Origin: Gnetum montanum | Taxonomy: Eukaryota > Plantae > Gnetophyta | DNA: 64,000 bases | Assembly: GCA_015680685.1 (NCBI GenBank) | Contig: MNCI01001142.1 | Span: 403,180-467,179 of the forward strand | Direction of reading: 5' to 3' | Shown: in pieces, positions 12,485-26,299 of the stretch | Numbering within the stretch: position 1 is the first letter of the stretch | Layout: every line of letters begins with the position of its first letter | Notes under the pieces: model-generated | What the model was told of the DNA's origin: nothing | Seen by the model: only the letters and a program-made list of their open reading frames with translations | The model's database searches: none | Translations under genes and position numbers: made by a program

Positions 12485-12485
12485 A

Positions 12486-13361
12486 TGATGAGTGGTGAGG
12501 TACACCTACACTCAACCATACAAATACGAGCATTCACTCACGATCTGGTCGAACTCTGTGGACAGGCTAGTTGTGGTATCTAGATCATTACACGTTGATC
12601 ATAGTTCATTGTCTTCCCACTTGGACTAGTATATGCTTTGTCACATATGGTTTAGTCCAAAGTGAGGCATATGATGTGATCCTAAAATAATGCTACTCCT
12701 AGAGACAATGGAAAATAATCTTGATTCAACTAATGAGAAATATGAAATGAGTCTAAGCTAGCCTAAGTGCGATGAGCATCCATTCCTTAATCATCCGTAC
12801 ACATCTTGGACCTCGTGCATGACCACTACTAGGATTACCAAGTGTAGATCCTAAGTATGCTATTGGGTTACCAAGTAGTCACACTTAAATGCTCGTGATT
12901 AAGTTGTACTCATTCCACAGTTAACAACAAGAATAGTAAATGATGATAAAGAAATATTAACTAAAAAATAAATAAATAACAATGACAATTAACAATAACA
13001 ATTAACTAATTAAAACTAAGCGAATGCTGCAATGATGAAGTAATCTTGATCTTTATTTCTAGTCATGTACACGTCCAAGTACGTCACACTCGAATAATGG
13101 TGTCGTACAATTACAAGCATCACACTGTGGGCATGCACTTGGGAAAATAATCTAGCTCCTATGGAAACAAAATGCAAGGTCTTTGCTACAACTACTAGAA
13201 AAATACCTAGGTGTAGCGGAGGGCCACTTATTTATAGGCTAAAATAGGCTCTACGTAAACGAGGCCACGTCAACGCATGGAGGAATGCATCGATGGGGCC
13301 GCATATACGCAGCCCCATATATGCGACCTAGTTGACGCATCGACTATTTAGCGCTTCATCA
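12486..13361 (-). repeat. 5' LTR of A2 (876 bp)
   Basis: TGATG...CATCA termini, TSD adjacent, PBS adjacent. Confidence 0.93.
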
Positions 13362-13399
13362 CAAAGTTACAAGAACCATCAAAGTATAGTTTCCATTTT

Positions 13400-15250
13400 C
13401 TCTCATTTTGAGATTCTTCTTTCTCCAAATTATAAATTTCTTAAAGTGTGCATATTTTGGGTTCAAAAGCTCTTATTTCAAAAGCCTTGTTTTTTCCATT
13501 TGAAGTAATTTTTTCAACCATCAATGATTCACTATATATGTAAACTTGTTTTGGTTTCACTTTTCAAGGTAGCCACATGTGTGAATAATCTATTATATAA
13601 CTTGAGAAATGTTTACACCAATTTCTACTTAGCAAAAGACTATGTGAATCTAGTATATCTACTAATTAAATAATTATTGTACTCTAGATATGATGTTTAG
13701 AAGCCATTTCTAATAAAACATTGGGTAGTTAATCCACAATGTTCACTCTATTTTTATCCACTTGAATGATTTTTTTATTTGATTTTTCTAGAAGCATAGA
13801 AATTTTTTTGCATATAGATAACAACATAATAGTAGATGTAGCTCTAGAATCAATTAAAAAACTATGAAGATACTTTTCCTTTAAATTCATTGTTAAATAT
13901 TAAGGAGGAGCTTCCCTATCAGGAGTGCAATCATAACCAGCTTTTGTTTTCTCATCATTATTTGACACATAGCTTAATTTTAATTCTCCAACTCTCTCTT
14001 TATCTTTAATAAACTTTAAAGCTTTTCTTTGCTGATCTCTAGTTTGTAATAATTTATATATACTAATGTTGTCTCTGACATGTTTAAGATCTTCAATTAA
14101 ATCATATTCTCCATCTCCATAAAAGCTTAGTTTCTTTATCCACTTATTGAAAGTTTGATTTTGAGTACTTTTCTCTACTTGTTATTTATTTTTATTTTTC
14201 TCCCTTCTACTTGGTTCAAATATATTTTTCTTAGTTGATGGACCAGAAATGACATTTGAAGGCTTGGAAGTAGTTAGTCTTTCTTTTGATCGTCAATTAT
14301 ATCCATTTTCCTCATTCTTATTACAATCTTCATCTAATAATATATCTTATTTAGAACTTGATATAGTAGAGGTATCACTAGATCCATTGTTAAAATATTT
14401 TCTTCCATAATGAACACTAGATAGCTCATTATTAGATTCAATATCAAGAAATTTGGACATGATAAGATCACTTTCATCCTCATCTTCTACTAACTTAGTA
14501 TCTTGATGTTTATGTTTTCTATGTATCTTGTCTTGATTTTAAATTTTGCCAAAGCTTTTTCAAGCTTGACTACTTTGTTAAACAAGTTTCTCATTAACTA
14601 TCCTTTTTCTAATTCTCATTTTGTCTTAATACGAGATGGTCTTGGTAATGCTTTAAGTTGAGCAAAATCTTGCATAGGAATAATCATTTTTCTTCTCTTT
14701 TTAACTATTTTTCTAACAATATAACTTCACTAAAGTAGTCATTCAATGTTATCAAGTTTGGAGTTCTTCTTAACCAAATTGAAATATTGGGATTCATTGC
14801 CTTAAGATAAGTATCTCTAAGCATTTCATTTGATGGTCTATATTATCTTTGAAAGAGTCCAAAAATTTGTTGAAAATTAATAACTCATATTGAAATCTCT
14901 AATTGACTCTTTAACTCCTTACTTAGTTTGTATTACCACACAGTACAGTTGTTGTTGATCTAATTGATTTTCAAATTGGTCCAAGAAAAGACTCTTCATA
15001 TCATCCCAACTTGTGATACCATTGCTTGATAATTTTGAATACCAAATCTAAGCTGGATCCTTTAAATTTGCTACAAACAATCTACAAGTTTGATCTTGAT
15101 GTTGAACATTTGCATGAGCCAAAGTTAACTCAAATATGTAAATATACTCTTTAGCTACGTACTTTTTCCAGAAATAAAAGGTTTAGCAAAATATTTGTAA
15201 ACTACCTTAGGAATATCATTTTAGTTTTGAAATCCTAATGGTATAACTCT
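13400..15250 (-). pseudogene. gag and aspartic protease of B1
   Basis: Gag and DSG-like protease motifs by manual translation; colinear with B3 37950-39700. Confidence 0.75.
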
Positions 15251-15601
15251 TTGCCAAGCACATGTCATCCTATAAGAATTCCTTTTGATCATTGAATTTT
15301 TATATTTTTTTGACTTTCTCTTATATAGACTAATAAAATAGAAAAAATGGATGATCTTCTTATCCTTCTGGTATTTACTCCACTACTTGTTCCAAATTCA
15401 AAAATATTCTTTTATTCTTCTTTAGATGAATATTTAATCTTATAATCAAAAAATTCCTTCGACCTTTGAAATGTTCCAAACTATCAATCCTTTTGGTCAT
15501 GAAATGAAAATAGTATCTAATTTCTTAAACCCTTCTAGCAAAAAAGGACTATTGGTATACTAGGACTATCAAGCTTATGAACTTAGAGGAAAACTTTTTA
15601 G

Positions 15602-15617
15602 CCCTCCTTCTAGTCCA
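15602..15617 (-). promoter_or_regulatory. PBS of B1 (tRNA-Asn type)
   Basis: Minus strand TGGACTAGAAGGAGGG versus complement of plant tRNA-Asn 3' end TGGCGCTAGAAGGAGGG. Confidence 0.75.
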
Positions 15618-15624
15618 AAAGAAC

Positions 15625-17090
15625 TGTTTGTGACTATTTGGGAAGCGATTGCTAATATTGGGAACCTCACAGTCTTGTGACCCTAGGAAGTTATGGGATC
15701 AAGGGTGTTCTTCAAATAGGGTTTAGGTGCTTTCTAGTCTCTATTAACACCAAGGCTCAGATACCTTTAAATAGACTTAGTAGTTATGAAATGAACTATT
15801 CATGAGTATGTGTTTGCTATTGTGAATGTTGAAATGGTTGGGTTATGTATAAAATTATAATTAGTTATCATAAAAGAGATTCAACCAACTTCATAAAACA
15901 ATGTGAGTTTTTGGAGATTCCTATTTTGTTCAATCACTTAGTCTATATGGTCCTTATAATACCTACTTATAACAAATAAAATTTTGCAAAAACATTTGAG
16001 CACAATTCTACCAATATACTTCGAATTTCCCCTAGAGAGAAAGTTTCACAAGAAAACTAGAAATATAGCAAGATTCAATGGACTTAGAAATAGAAAGAAA
16101 AGAAATCATAATTACATAAAATCTCAAAAATTTAAGCAATATAAATTAAAAAAAGGAAATACTTCATAATAAAGCTATTTCTGATTAAATAGCTATGAAT
16201 TATCTAGCCTTCTAAGCTCAATAAGTAATTTCATAAAGACAATCTTATTATGCTACCAGAAATTCTTGTGTAAACCACAACATACAAGTCTCTATTTTGG
16301 CTAGTTAATAGTTGTCAAATATTTCATTCAACAAAGATTTCAAAAATTTGACAATTTCTTGATTGAAATACTAAGGTAATAAACTTTAAGAATTAAGAAG
16401 TTATTTTAGTCCCACCAAAATACCAAAGATTTTCCTAGATTTCCTATGCTTAAAATAGGCAATTTCATTAAGACATTACTATTAAATTGCTCTTGAGGAT
16501 TTTCAATAACATAAGCTCTTCTATTGCTAATCTTAATAGGAGTCTAATATTGCACAAAAATAGAACTATAAAAAAAACCTAGGATAAATCTTAAATCAAA
16601 TGCCAAGCATGATACTATCTAAACCATTAGCTAAACAACTAAAATAAAATTGGAGGAAATGAACATAGAGGATTAAAAATAGTAGCTAAATTGATGCCTT
16701 TAGCAAGCCATTTTACAAGAATTCTTCAAAATGTGTTTTCCCCAATCTTCCTCCTCTGTTTAATCTACCTTTGAAGGTCATTTTATAGTGACCTTGAGGT
16801 AGTTACAATAATCATAAAAGGTATGGGTCTTACAAATATCTTAGGAATATAAATTTATAACCATCCTAGAAGTTATAACTTCCATGGGAATTATGAGAAA
16901 TTTAAGCTATAGTTTCCAAGTTCTTCCTTTGTAATAAATATCATAAAATTTATCATAGGAAGTTATAATTTCCATTGAAATAAAAGAAGTCATAGCGAGA
17001 TGTCTTCTCCATATAGCAAGTTGTACAAATATCCTATAAATTCTTCTTTTCCATTTAAATTGAGTTTTTACTTTAAGTGGAACCAAGTAA
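15625..17090 (-). repeat. 5' LTR of B1 (right edge approximate)
   Basis: Abuts PBS; similar to 51990-53150 and, more distantly, to the reverse complement of 36090-37596 (ATTGTAACTAC...CACTATA block). Confidence 0.7.
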
Positions 17091-18624
17091 ACATATGATT
17101 GGCTAATCAAAGGAGATAGCATATGCTTAGACTAATTGTTTAGGTATGTGTGTGTATTCTATGATAATAACCATCATTATTTTAGGTGACAAACTTGTAG
17201 TTTGTAGCAACTAACAATTTCAATGTCTCGGTGATAAGCTTTACCAAGGTCATTACTGGATACATCAATAGAGATGATGTAGGCATCACCAACGATAGCT
17301 TCAAAAATTTACCTTGTAGCAATGTAGGATTAAGTTACCCAAATCTTGGCATACATAGGATTCGATACCTCTTGCTATATGTCACCCTTTCTACTTGCAA
17401 CTACCATAGTTGATGTCATTACAGATAAATTGTAATCAAAGCCCATTTCTGATGACATTCTAGAACCAGATAGCATCGAGATGAAGATCATGATGGCCTT
17501 TGTAGGAACAATGGTGGTCATAAATGTGGTAGCAGAATGAGCACAAGAATTGATAGCTAAGATGGCAATAGAGCTCCCACATCTTCTTGTAATTTTACTT
17601 GTGGGTGGAGTGACGATTGGCAACAAAACCATTTGAAATGATTCTAGTTCTTGCTTGTTTAGTTGCAGGTCCATTGGATAGTTTTCCAGGGACACCCATT
17701 ATATGTATTTGTTTCATTTTTTTTGAAACAGTGGGGCAAGCAAAATCTCTCCCATATATCCAAGTGAATCCTACTCTTATGTATTTTACCTCTAAGAAAT
17801 AAAACTAAAATAGAGCAACTGTAGAGTCTTAAGAAATTCTCAAATGATAATGCCCCAACACTATCAAATCTTAGACTAAACCAAAGATTAGATTCACTTT
17901 TATTTATTTATGTATATTCCTTTTTTGGTAGGTAATTTTTTGAACACTAGAGGTACAGTTGCGAAAGATGAGGAAATCGTTGCAAAAAAAAGAATTAAGA
18001 ACTAAGGAATAGGGTTGTGAGGGCTTTAATTCTTATTCTTGTCACATCTTCATAATGATCTGGCCCATCAATGCTATGGAGGCCACATTGAACATAGTAT
18101 TGGTGATTCCATGAGTGTTAATGGCTATGAGTGGTAGCAAGTGACGAAATTGAGCTAGAACCTTTGCTTGACTATTATTATATATATTTTTAATTTTTTT
18201 GGAATCATAATGGTATTCCTATGGTACCCATTTGAAGTTTTTCTTTCCTTGGACATGGAATTATAAAATCTCTAATATTCAAACTATCCATCCTCATCCA
18301 AAGTATATATATTTGAATTAAACATGTCCATGAAAATATAATGGTTTAGCAATGGGTTTATCTTGGATAATGAATTAAACCTTAGGTAAGAAGAATATGA
18401 ATAAATAGCATTACTAAATAGAATAGCTACCTAAAGTTGAAATAATTAAGATTAATAATAACCATCAAGTGTATATATTCACATCCCCTTAAAAAAACTT
18501 GTGATACTTTTTATATTCTTGGTTCGTAAAATGGTCAAAATGTGCCAACAACATGGTTATGTATTTGAACAATAACCATGAACAAGATCATGCCTATATT
18601 TAAACATGGTTTAATACAGGCATG

Positions 18625-21600
18625 AACAAGATCATATTTTTCATTTGCAATAATTATTTGACAAATGGAAAGATTTTTTTATTTCTTTGAATCCTATGAA
18701 ATGTATTTTTGTTGTTAAATTAGGAAGGTTACATGCACACATAGTTTGCAAAAAATGAATACCCATAGGTCAATCAAGAATATAAGATATTTAGAATAAA
18801 GAGTATCCTACAAATATGGTATCATTGAGATCATTCTTTGGAAAAATCAATTTCATAACAAGATTTATACCAAGGTTCATAAAAATAACAAAACCACTTT
18901 TGCTAATGTTGAAGTCAGAAAAATCAAGGAGTTAGTAGAAGCCTTAGAAATAACTAAAAGATCCATTCTAGAGACCTCATATATAGTAAAATCCAAATTA
19001 CAAGACTTTTTGTTGTATGCAATTTCATAAGTAGATTCTCTAGCATTTGTATTAATAGAAAATCATGGAAAGGAAGAAAACTTGATTGAATTCTTTGGTT
19101 ATTATATAAGAGGAGATGAGAAAAATTATTTCAAGCTTCAAAAATAGGCATTTTATTTGTTAAAATATTTAAGTTATTTTAGATATTATTTAGAAGATAC
19201 AACTACTCATATTATAATCATAGAGCTACTTATGAAACAATTTTTATCATCTTAAAATAAAATTGTTCTCAACAAAGATAATTGAATGATTAACTTATAA
19301 CAATTTAAATTTATTCTAGAAACTTGTAAGATAGTTAAAAATATGGGATTAGCTAGGATGATGGTAAGGGAACCTAAAAATAAAATATTAGCTCTCCTTG
19401 AAATCAAGGATTAGTATAATGATATAATTAGATTTCTCACAAAGCAAGAAATTCCTAAAAATTTAATCAATGACCAAAAGTAAGTTTGTTCTTCATAAGA
19501 TAAAGAGATGCATTCTAATCAAGTGAATTTTATATTGGAAGGAATTCAAAGTTATACTATTGAAATGCATATTAAATCAAAAAATTGATTAGACTTGGAG
19601 CCAATTCCATGACCATAAAGGCTTATATTATGAATCTCAAAGAGCTAAAATGCAACATATCTTAATATATGGATTTTATTGTCCTAAAATTTATAAGAAT
19701 TTGAGTAATAGAATTCTAACTTGCTATAAGTGTTAAATTCATGGAATAAAAAGAAAAAGGACATGTACTCTGTTAAAGCTAGTAGTAGTAGATAAGCCTT
19801 TTCAATGGTGGGGATTAGATTTCATACGAGTATTATCCCATCAAAAGAAGAACATAGATTTAGTTTGACTTGTATTGATTATTTTACAAAGCTCTTAAAA
19901 TGAGTACATCTTATGATGTTATTAAATTCTTCAAGCATTACATTATAAATTAATTTAGAATGCCAAAATCATTAGTTATAGATAATGACATAGCTTTTCA
20001 GATAGTTGAATTTATAAGATGGTCTTTTCAAAAATCAATTTTACTATATTCATCTTCAAATTATTAGCCTCAGGAAAATGGCTTAGTTGAATCTACTAAT
20101 AAAAAAATTATATCATACATTTAACATTCTATGGATAGGAGCTTAAGAAATTGGCATGAATTGTTGCAAGGACCCTTATGGATAGATAGGATCATAATTA
20201 AGAAATTCATAAATACTTCACCATTTAGCCTAGTTTATGGTTTTAATGTTAAAATGATAAACCAAGTTATGGTTAGTGGTGAAATTCATGAGAAATTAGC
20301 CCACATGCAAATAAGGAATGAACATTAATGATCTTATTGTTAAAAAGAGAGGCAAAACTTGATGAGGCTCATGATAAGATATTGTAAAATGTAGCAATAA
20401 TGAAGCAATGGTTTGATTTTAGAGTGGGTTGGAAGTCATTTAGAGAGGAAGATTTAGTATTATTATGAAAAACTAATAAAAAGATTGATCATAATAAGTT
20501 TTCAGCTAAGTGGACTATACCATTGATGATCAAGCAATAAGTGGTGAATAGCAAGTTCAAACTACCTGCTTTATATGGATAGGTGTTAAATTACCTTTTA
20601 ATACCGTCCATCTAAATAATTATTTTGAGCAACCACCCACATAAAATATCTTAATAAAGATCAACTAGAATGTAAGCATGTACATAGTGTATTATAACTA
20701 ATTATTGAAGAGATAGATAGAGGATTAAATTTGGGCTATAAGTATGGTTTGTTTATTAGATCAAAAATAGCCATGGTTGGGAGAATGAGGCCTACAATTA
20801 AAAAAATATTATATATAGGATTTTAAAAATATGGAATGAAAGATAGATCCTTCATTTTGTATTTATCTAGGTGTTTTCCTAAGGATGTTTAAAATATTTA
20901 CTACATTGAAATTACTTGTGGAGCATCATAAAATTATCTATTTATTTCTTGGCTCTCAAATGAGTTCAAAAGAATCACTAATGGAAGATTAATTCATGTT
21001 AATTAATGGATTAAATTTCCTGAGTATTCAAACTAATCACTAAGGAGGGATCCTAAAGATGAAGAAAGCGCAATTCAAAATTTTAATTATGAAGATGTCT
21101 TAGTTTCCTAGCTTGAGAAGAAGAAGAATGCCTTAAAAGTTCTAGAAGCTAGAGTGAAAAGGAAGAAGAGCCTAATGAAGTTGCTAGTCTAGAATTTCCT
21201 AATAAGGAATCACCATCTTAGAATATAGAATCAAGAATTGGTATACCTATCAAAGTGATCATAGAGATTGAATATGATAAGGCTACAAAACATAAAGTTC
21301 AAAAGAAAATTATGAACACCATGCATTGTCTACCAATCCTCCCAGCTTAATGTCCTTTTTCCTTCTTTTCAGTATTTTTTAGTAGTAGCAATCCAAGTTT
21401 TGTCTTCCCTACCTAAGCCTTAAGCTAGTAGTGATTTTTCCCAGAAAAAAATTTGGATACATATTAAGCTCTCTAGAATAGATACAACATTTCCAAAGTT
21501 ATTTTGTTTTAAGGAAGAATTATTTTCATAATTCAACAATTACATGAAATAATAAGTAATCAAAGTATTAAAATTATTCAAAAAATTATTCGTAGAATTT

Positions 21601-21790
21601 TCCTATTAAATAGGCAAAATCTTAAGAGAGAAAAAAAAAAGCTAAACTCAATGATTTCCATCAACTAAGCTAACAAAAATATTTTGAAGATTGTTAGGTG
21701 ACTACGGATATTTTTCATTAAATATGGAAATTGCTATTAATTTTGAAAAATTTAAGATGTTAGATTTCCTTAAAAATTTGTAATTTTATT
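18625..21790 (+). mobile_element. Tat-like fragment B2 (RT C-terminus, RH, integrase, extra ORF, start of 3' region)
   Basis: DHIFHLQ.LFDK..FISLNPMKCIF; KPFQWWGLDFI; DRSLRNWHELLQGPLWIDR; colinear with B3 47300-50450. Confidence 0.85.
20773..21330 (+). pseudogene. Extra ORF downstream of integrase in B2, unknown function
   Basis: Reads in one frame for more than 115 codons (point-mutation stops only); homologous to 49448-49980. Confidence 0.7.
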
Positions 21791-21899
21791 GAATTGTGTT
21801 ATGAAATTTTTTATTCAATTAATTAAAATTATGTTTTTTCATAGAAAAAATTATTACTTTCATTAATTTACTATAAAATTTTAATGTATAGGTGCATAA

Positions 21900-23900
21900 A
21901 TAACATTTTTATGGCTCATCCCAAAAATATAATGCATCTCATATTCTAGTAAATCCTATTTAGAATTCAATTATACAAATTAACAAAATACAAATTCTTA
22001 ATATAACATTACAATTTTATCGAGGCATGGCTACAATTTCCTTAAGCAACACTCATTTGCAAAACCATTCCAATAATATAACAAACTTTCAAATAGAATG
22101 AATTATTCCATTTCACTTAGTTTAATGATTTTTGGCACATGAAAATTTTCTATGTAGATCATCTATTATCTCTTGGCATTTTTTTATATCTTAAGCTTGC
22201 TTGTGTCTTTTGACATTAATATCCATCCATATACAATGTTATTTGGATTTATACATTTTTGTCCTAGATCTGCATGATTTACATGCCAATATTTTTCAAG
22301 AAATTATTTTTTAAAAATTTTCCTATGGCATGTACCATTAAATATGCATCTTTCTTATCTTCTCATCATGTTCTTCAAATTCTAAGTCTATACATCTACT
22401 AACCCATAAAATATCTTCATCATTTCCAAGATGTACAAGAAGTATCATTCCAACATGGATATTTATAAATGGATTGAAAGATGTTCAACTTATTTTTATA
22501 ATGCCCAACATATCCTAATTGCTCTTCAATGATATTATGCATTTTCTATTCCTTTACACTTGTTTCTTAGAAACGTTTCTTTATTCTTAGCCAAAATTTT
22601 CAATTAAAATTTAAAGAAAAATCCTATTCATTTTTAAAACTATTTAGGAGTTAAGTAATCCTTTGCCAATGTTCAATTCTTTCTTCCCATACTATTTTGT
22701 CCCTATTTCAAATATTTCTTTTGATTTAAACATCATAAAATATAATATAGTTCTTAATGATCTTTGTAATATTTTCTATTTATTTTTCATCTATAGCCAA
22801 ATGTGATAGCTCTAGATGCTTTGCCACAAGAAGATATGTTTATCATCCTTGCTTGTCCATAGTTGAATTGAATCAAACCATGTTTTTCTTCCTTATATTC
22901 TTTTCCATGACATTACTATCATTTCATCAATGAAATAAAATATAATATAATGAATTTTTTGTGTCCCAAGCAGGTGTTTAATTAGATTTGACATGTAGTC
23001 TTTCAAGTAGCTTTTAAAGTCATAAACATTCTATATAATGTAAGAACTGTAATTCTACCCACTATTAGAGTCTACTATATGATCAATATTCATTAGTAAT
23101 GGTAGAATAAATATATCACTTTTCTTTATTATTCTTGATATGCAATTGAAGTTAATATATATCTTCATGAGTGTGACCTATAGGAGGAAATTCCAATTCA
23201 ATGACATTATAAATCCTCTATGCTATTACGAATGAGAGAAATAAAAAAAACATATTTATTTTGTTATCACCACCATAGTTATTCATATATCCTAGAAGAA
23301 GTGCATGCTATCTTATAAATTTTTTCCTTCTTGATTTTATCTTTTAGGCTATTAATATTTAGGACAATGGAGTTATTAAGCAATGCATAACCAATTGGTG
23401 AATGTTCCTCACTAATATAAGAAAGTCCATCTAGTTGGGTAATTGGATCCACCTCCAAATCATGTAACGACTTTACAAGAGAATTAATCATAAACTAAGA
23501 ACACATTTTTATATGAAATGATGTGAAATGGTTGAATCCACCATAACCCTTACAATGGGATATTATGTTTGTGAATGAAAATTGAAATTTATCTTTTCTT
23601 GATACTCTCTTTAGTAGGAGAAGTAATATGAGAAATGTTATCATACTTGTATCCATCTTATCATGAATTATTCTTAAATACATTATTAGGATGTCTTATT
23701 GTCAAATCGCAAGAAGCATAGTATGCATGCCTACATACTATAACATAATCCATATGTAGAGCTCATTCTATTTGTATTTTTTTTATTTTCCAGTATGATC
23801 ATAAGTAGATTTTTTTCTATAATCTCAATTCTAACATGTTTAACACACATTAAATTCATGCACTTTTGTGAATACCATATTTTGAAAATGTTTGAAAAAT
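21900..23900 (-). pseudogene. Possible highly decayed hAT-like transposase
   Basis: Weak motifs in hAT order: BED-like C-x2-C (~23840), DAYLM..FLKNNF..WHVNH.DL (~22270-22350), WNG (~22070), FWD (~21920). No TIR or TSD found. Confidence 0.25.
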
Positions 23901-24189
23901 AACTTAGATATTAAGATTCTACTTAAGGTAGATTCATAGCCTTTATCATGGGATTGACATAATCATTAAGAAGGACTATCTAAATCATTGTCATTGACAA
24001 TGATTTCATTAGTGCTAATGTATCATCTTGAATAATTTACCTTGATGTATTTGGAGATTGATTAGCCAAGCCTTCTTTCAACTCCTCAATGACATAGATT
24101 GTAGCTATTTTGTGTAATCTTTATTTTATCTATTCTATACTACCATGATCACTTTTAATAATATCTTTTTTAAAACTTATTAAGTATTT

Positions 24190-25250
24190 ATTTTTGACAT
24201 TTTGGTATGTCAAAACCTTCAAAAATGAAGAATGTGGAAAATGTGTTTTGTATGGTCATGCAAAGCTAAGAAAGAACAAGACAAGAACATGATAGGATCA
24301 AGAAAAAAGCATGATGATTGAGACAAGAATAAGATGACAAGATTAGGATAAGATCTTATTGATATAAAGATAATAACTCCATGAAAATAAGAGAAGAGGT
24401 TAGATGAAAACATCATGTTTGAAATAAGAGCTTCATGGTATTAAGACAAAGAGCAAGATGAGACCAAGACAAGAGCTGAGTTAAGATGATAAGAAGTCTA
24501 AACCAAAATGGAAGATTTCAAGAATGCATGAATCCTACAATCCAAATGAAGATGTTTTGATATCTACCTAGACATCCTAGAAGATCAATAGCCATCCTAG
24601 AGATGAAGACTCAATTTCAAGATCGATGTCCCAGAAAAATAGTAGATGTACCAATTGCTACTAAGACATCCCAAGTGAGATGTCCCAATTTTTAGTGGAA
24701 TGTCCCACCTTCATGTGTCAATTTTTTTAGTGAGATGTCCCAAGCTCAAATAGGATATTCAAACTAGCTATTTCCTAGTTGTTGTATGAATTCCAAGGAG
24801 TATTTGGAAAGTAAAAGAGTATAAAATAGATTGGAATTCTTGTGAAGAGAATAAGAACTATACAAGCAATGCTCATTAGAGTATTCATTGTATACATCAA
24901 GTGAATAATTTTTTCCTCATTTCTCTCTCATTTGTGCATTATTTTATGTGAGATTAAATTGCAAGAAATTTGTAAAGTTCATTATATTATTTCCTTGATT
25001 ATTTTCTCTCTTTGTAGTCCTATCAGGTTAACATGCTTCTTGTGAGAAGGAATATTGTGAGCTTGTTGGGACCTTGTGGGGTTGAGTGTCTTTATAGTGA
25101 GAAAATACTCCATGTGGAGCTCACTTCATTGTAAAGGCTATTGGATCCTTGAAACCATATTTTTGAGCTTGTTAGAAGCTTGTTGGGTTGAGTGTGTTTC
25201 ATGTGAGAAAATACTTCAAGTGGAGCTCAAACTTTGTAAATGTTATGATG
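24190..25250 (+). repeat. Ty1/copia-type LTR fragment (solo or truncated)
   Basis: Start TTTGGTATGTCAAAAC..AAAAATGAA..CAAGACAAG matches the LTR of the copia at 55803 (minus); GATGTCCCA repeats; internal duplication GTGAGAAAATACT..GTGGAGCTCA. Confidence 0.55.
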
Positions 25251-26299
25251 TCATCTAAACTACATTTTTGAAGGAACAAAGTTTGGATATGTGCAAGGAT
25301 TATACCTTCCAAGTGTGGAAGTAAACAAGTTGTGAAACTACATAAATTCTAACTACAAGAATTGTACAAACTATATAGTTTCATAAAAATATTATATGGT
25401 TGATTGAAATGTGCAAATGATAATTCCAAATGTAACTAACCTTGTCATTCTTGAGAGTAAAGGAATGGAAAAACAAAACCGGTAAGGATATTTCCATAGT
25501 ATTGAAATGTATGAAGGTTTTTGATGATGTGTATGTAGTATTTGTTGAATGTCGCATCAATGAGCAACACCAAGTCCAAAAACATCATAATAGGAAAAAC
25601 ATAGGCATTTAACACAATCATTACTCATGAATCAAGTCAAATAAATCTTATAAGGAACTAGAAAATCTTACTGTAAGTAATGTTGAACTCTTATTATCTA
25701 TCTTATGTATGCATTACATTTACTGAATAAGTTTTGTAGTAATGGATGGATAGATTTATTATCATTTTACAAAGAATTAATTGATAATGAGTGAATCAAT
25801 CATATAGATCATAACAAAATTTGATGGGAAACCTAATAATCTTTGAGTTTTCTAATTTACTAATGTAAGTTACAAGGTTCATGAAGTGAAAAAAAAAAAA
25901 AAAGACATATAACACATTTAGAAAAAATTAATACAAGTAGAAAAACTAACATTTTCATGACAAGAAGGACTAGAAGAATACCTAAGAGGTTTTGATGTGC
26001 TTTCATATTTTATGGTCACTATCCTCAAGCAAGCCTATAAGAATTATTAGGATATGATTTGCTACTCTGCAATTAGTGTTTTTTTGAGAAATGTAATGTT
26101 TGATAGATTTGAGAAGTTATAAAAGATGTTCAAACATGTAGGATTTTAGGTATATATATCATTTTCCTCTTCAATATATTAGCAGTAAAAATATTTAGCA
26201 TACTATCCTCTAGGATATTTTACTAAACTCAATTGTGTAAAATTGTATTGGTTAAGGCCAGACAAAAAGATATCATATGAAATCAATTTGTTTTGTACC

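Larger units (their letters stand above)
7737..13361 (-). mobile_element. Full-boundary non-autonomous Athila-like element A2 (gag only, no pol), 5-bp TSD CAAAG
   Basis: Two TG..CA LTRs; CAAAG at 7732-7736 and 13362-13366; PBS; PPT; gag ORF 11600-12040; no PR/RT/RH/INT recognisable. Confidence 0.93.
6346..17090 (-). mobile_element. Tat-like Ty3/gypsy B1 (5' LTR, PBS, gag, PR, aRH, RT; 3' half missing), interrupted by A2
   Basis: Asn PBS at 15602-15617; gag (CRLFVANLKDPA.IWYSKL, WDDMKSLF); protease FLIDSRATS near 13840; aRH WKLYFDGSC / CTNNKAIYEAL; RT ORF 6493-6684. Right LTR edge approximate. Confidence 0.8.
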
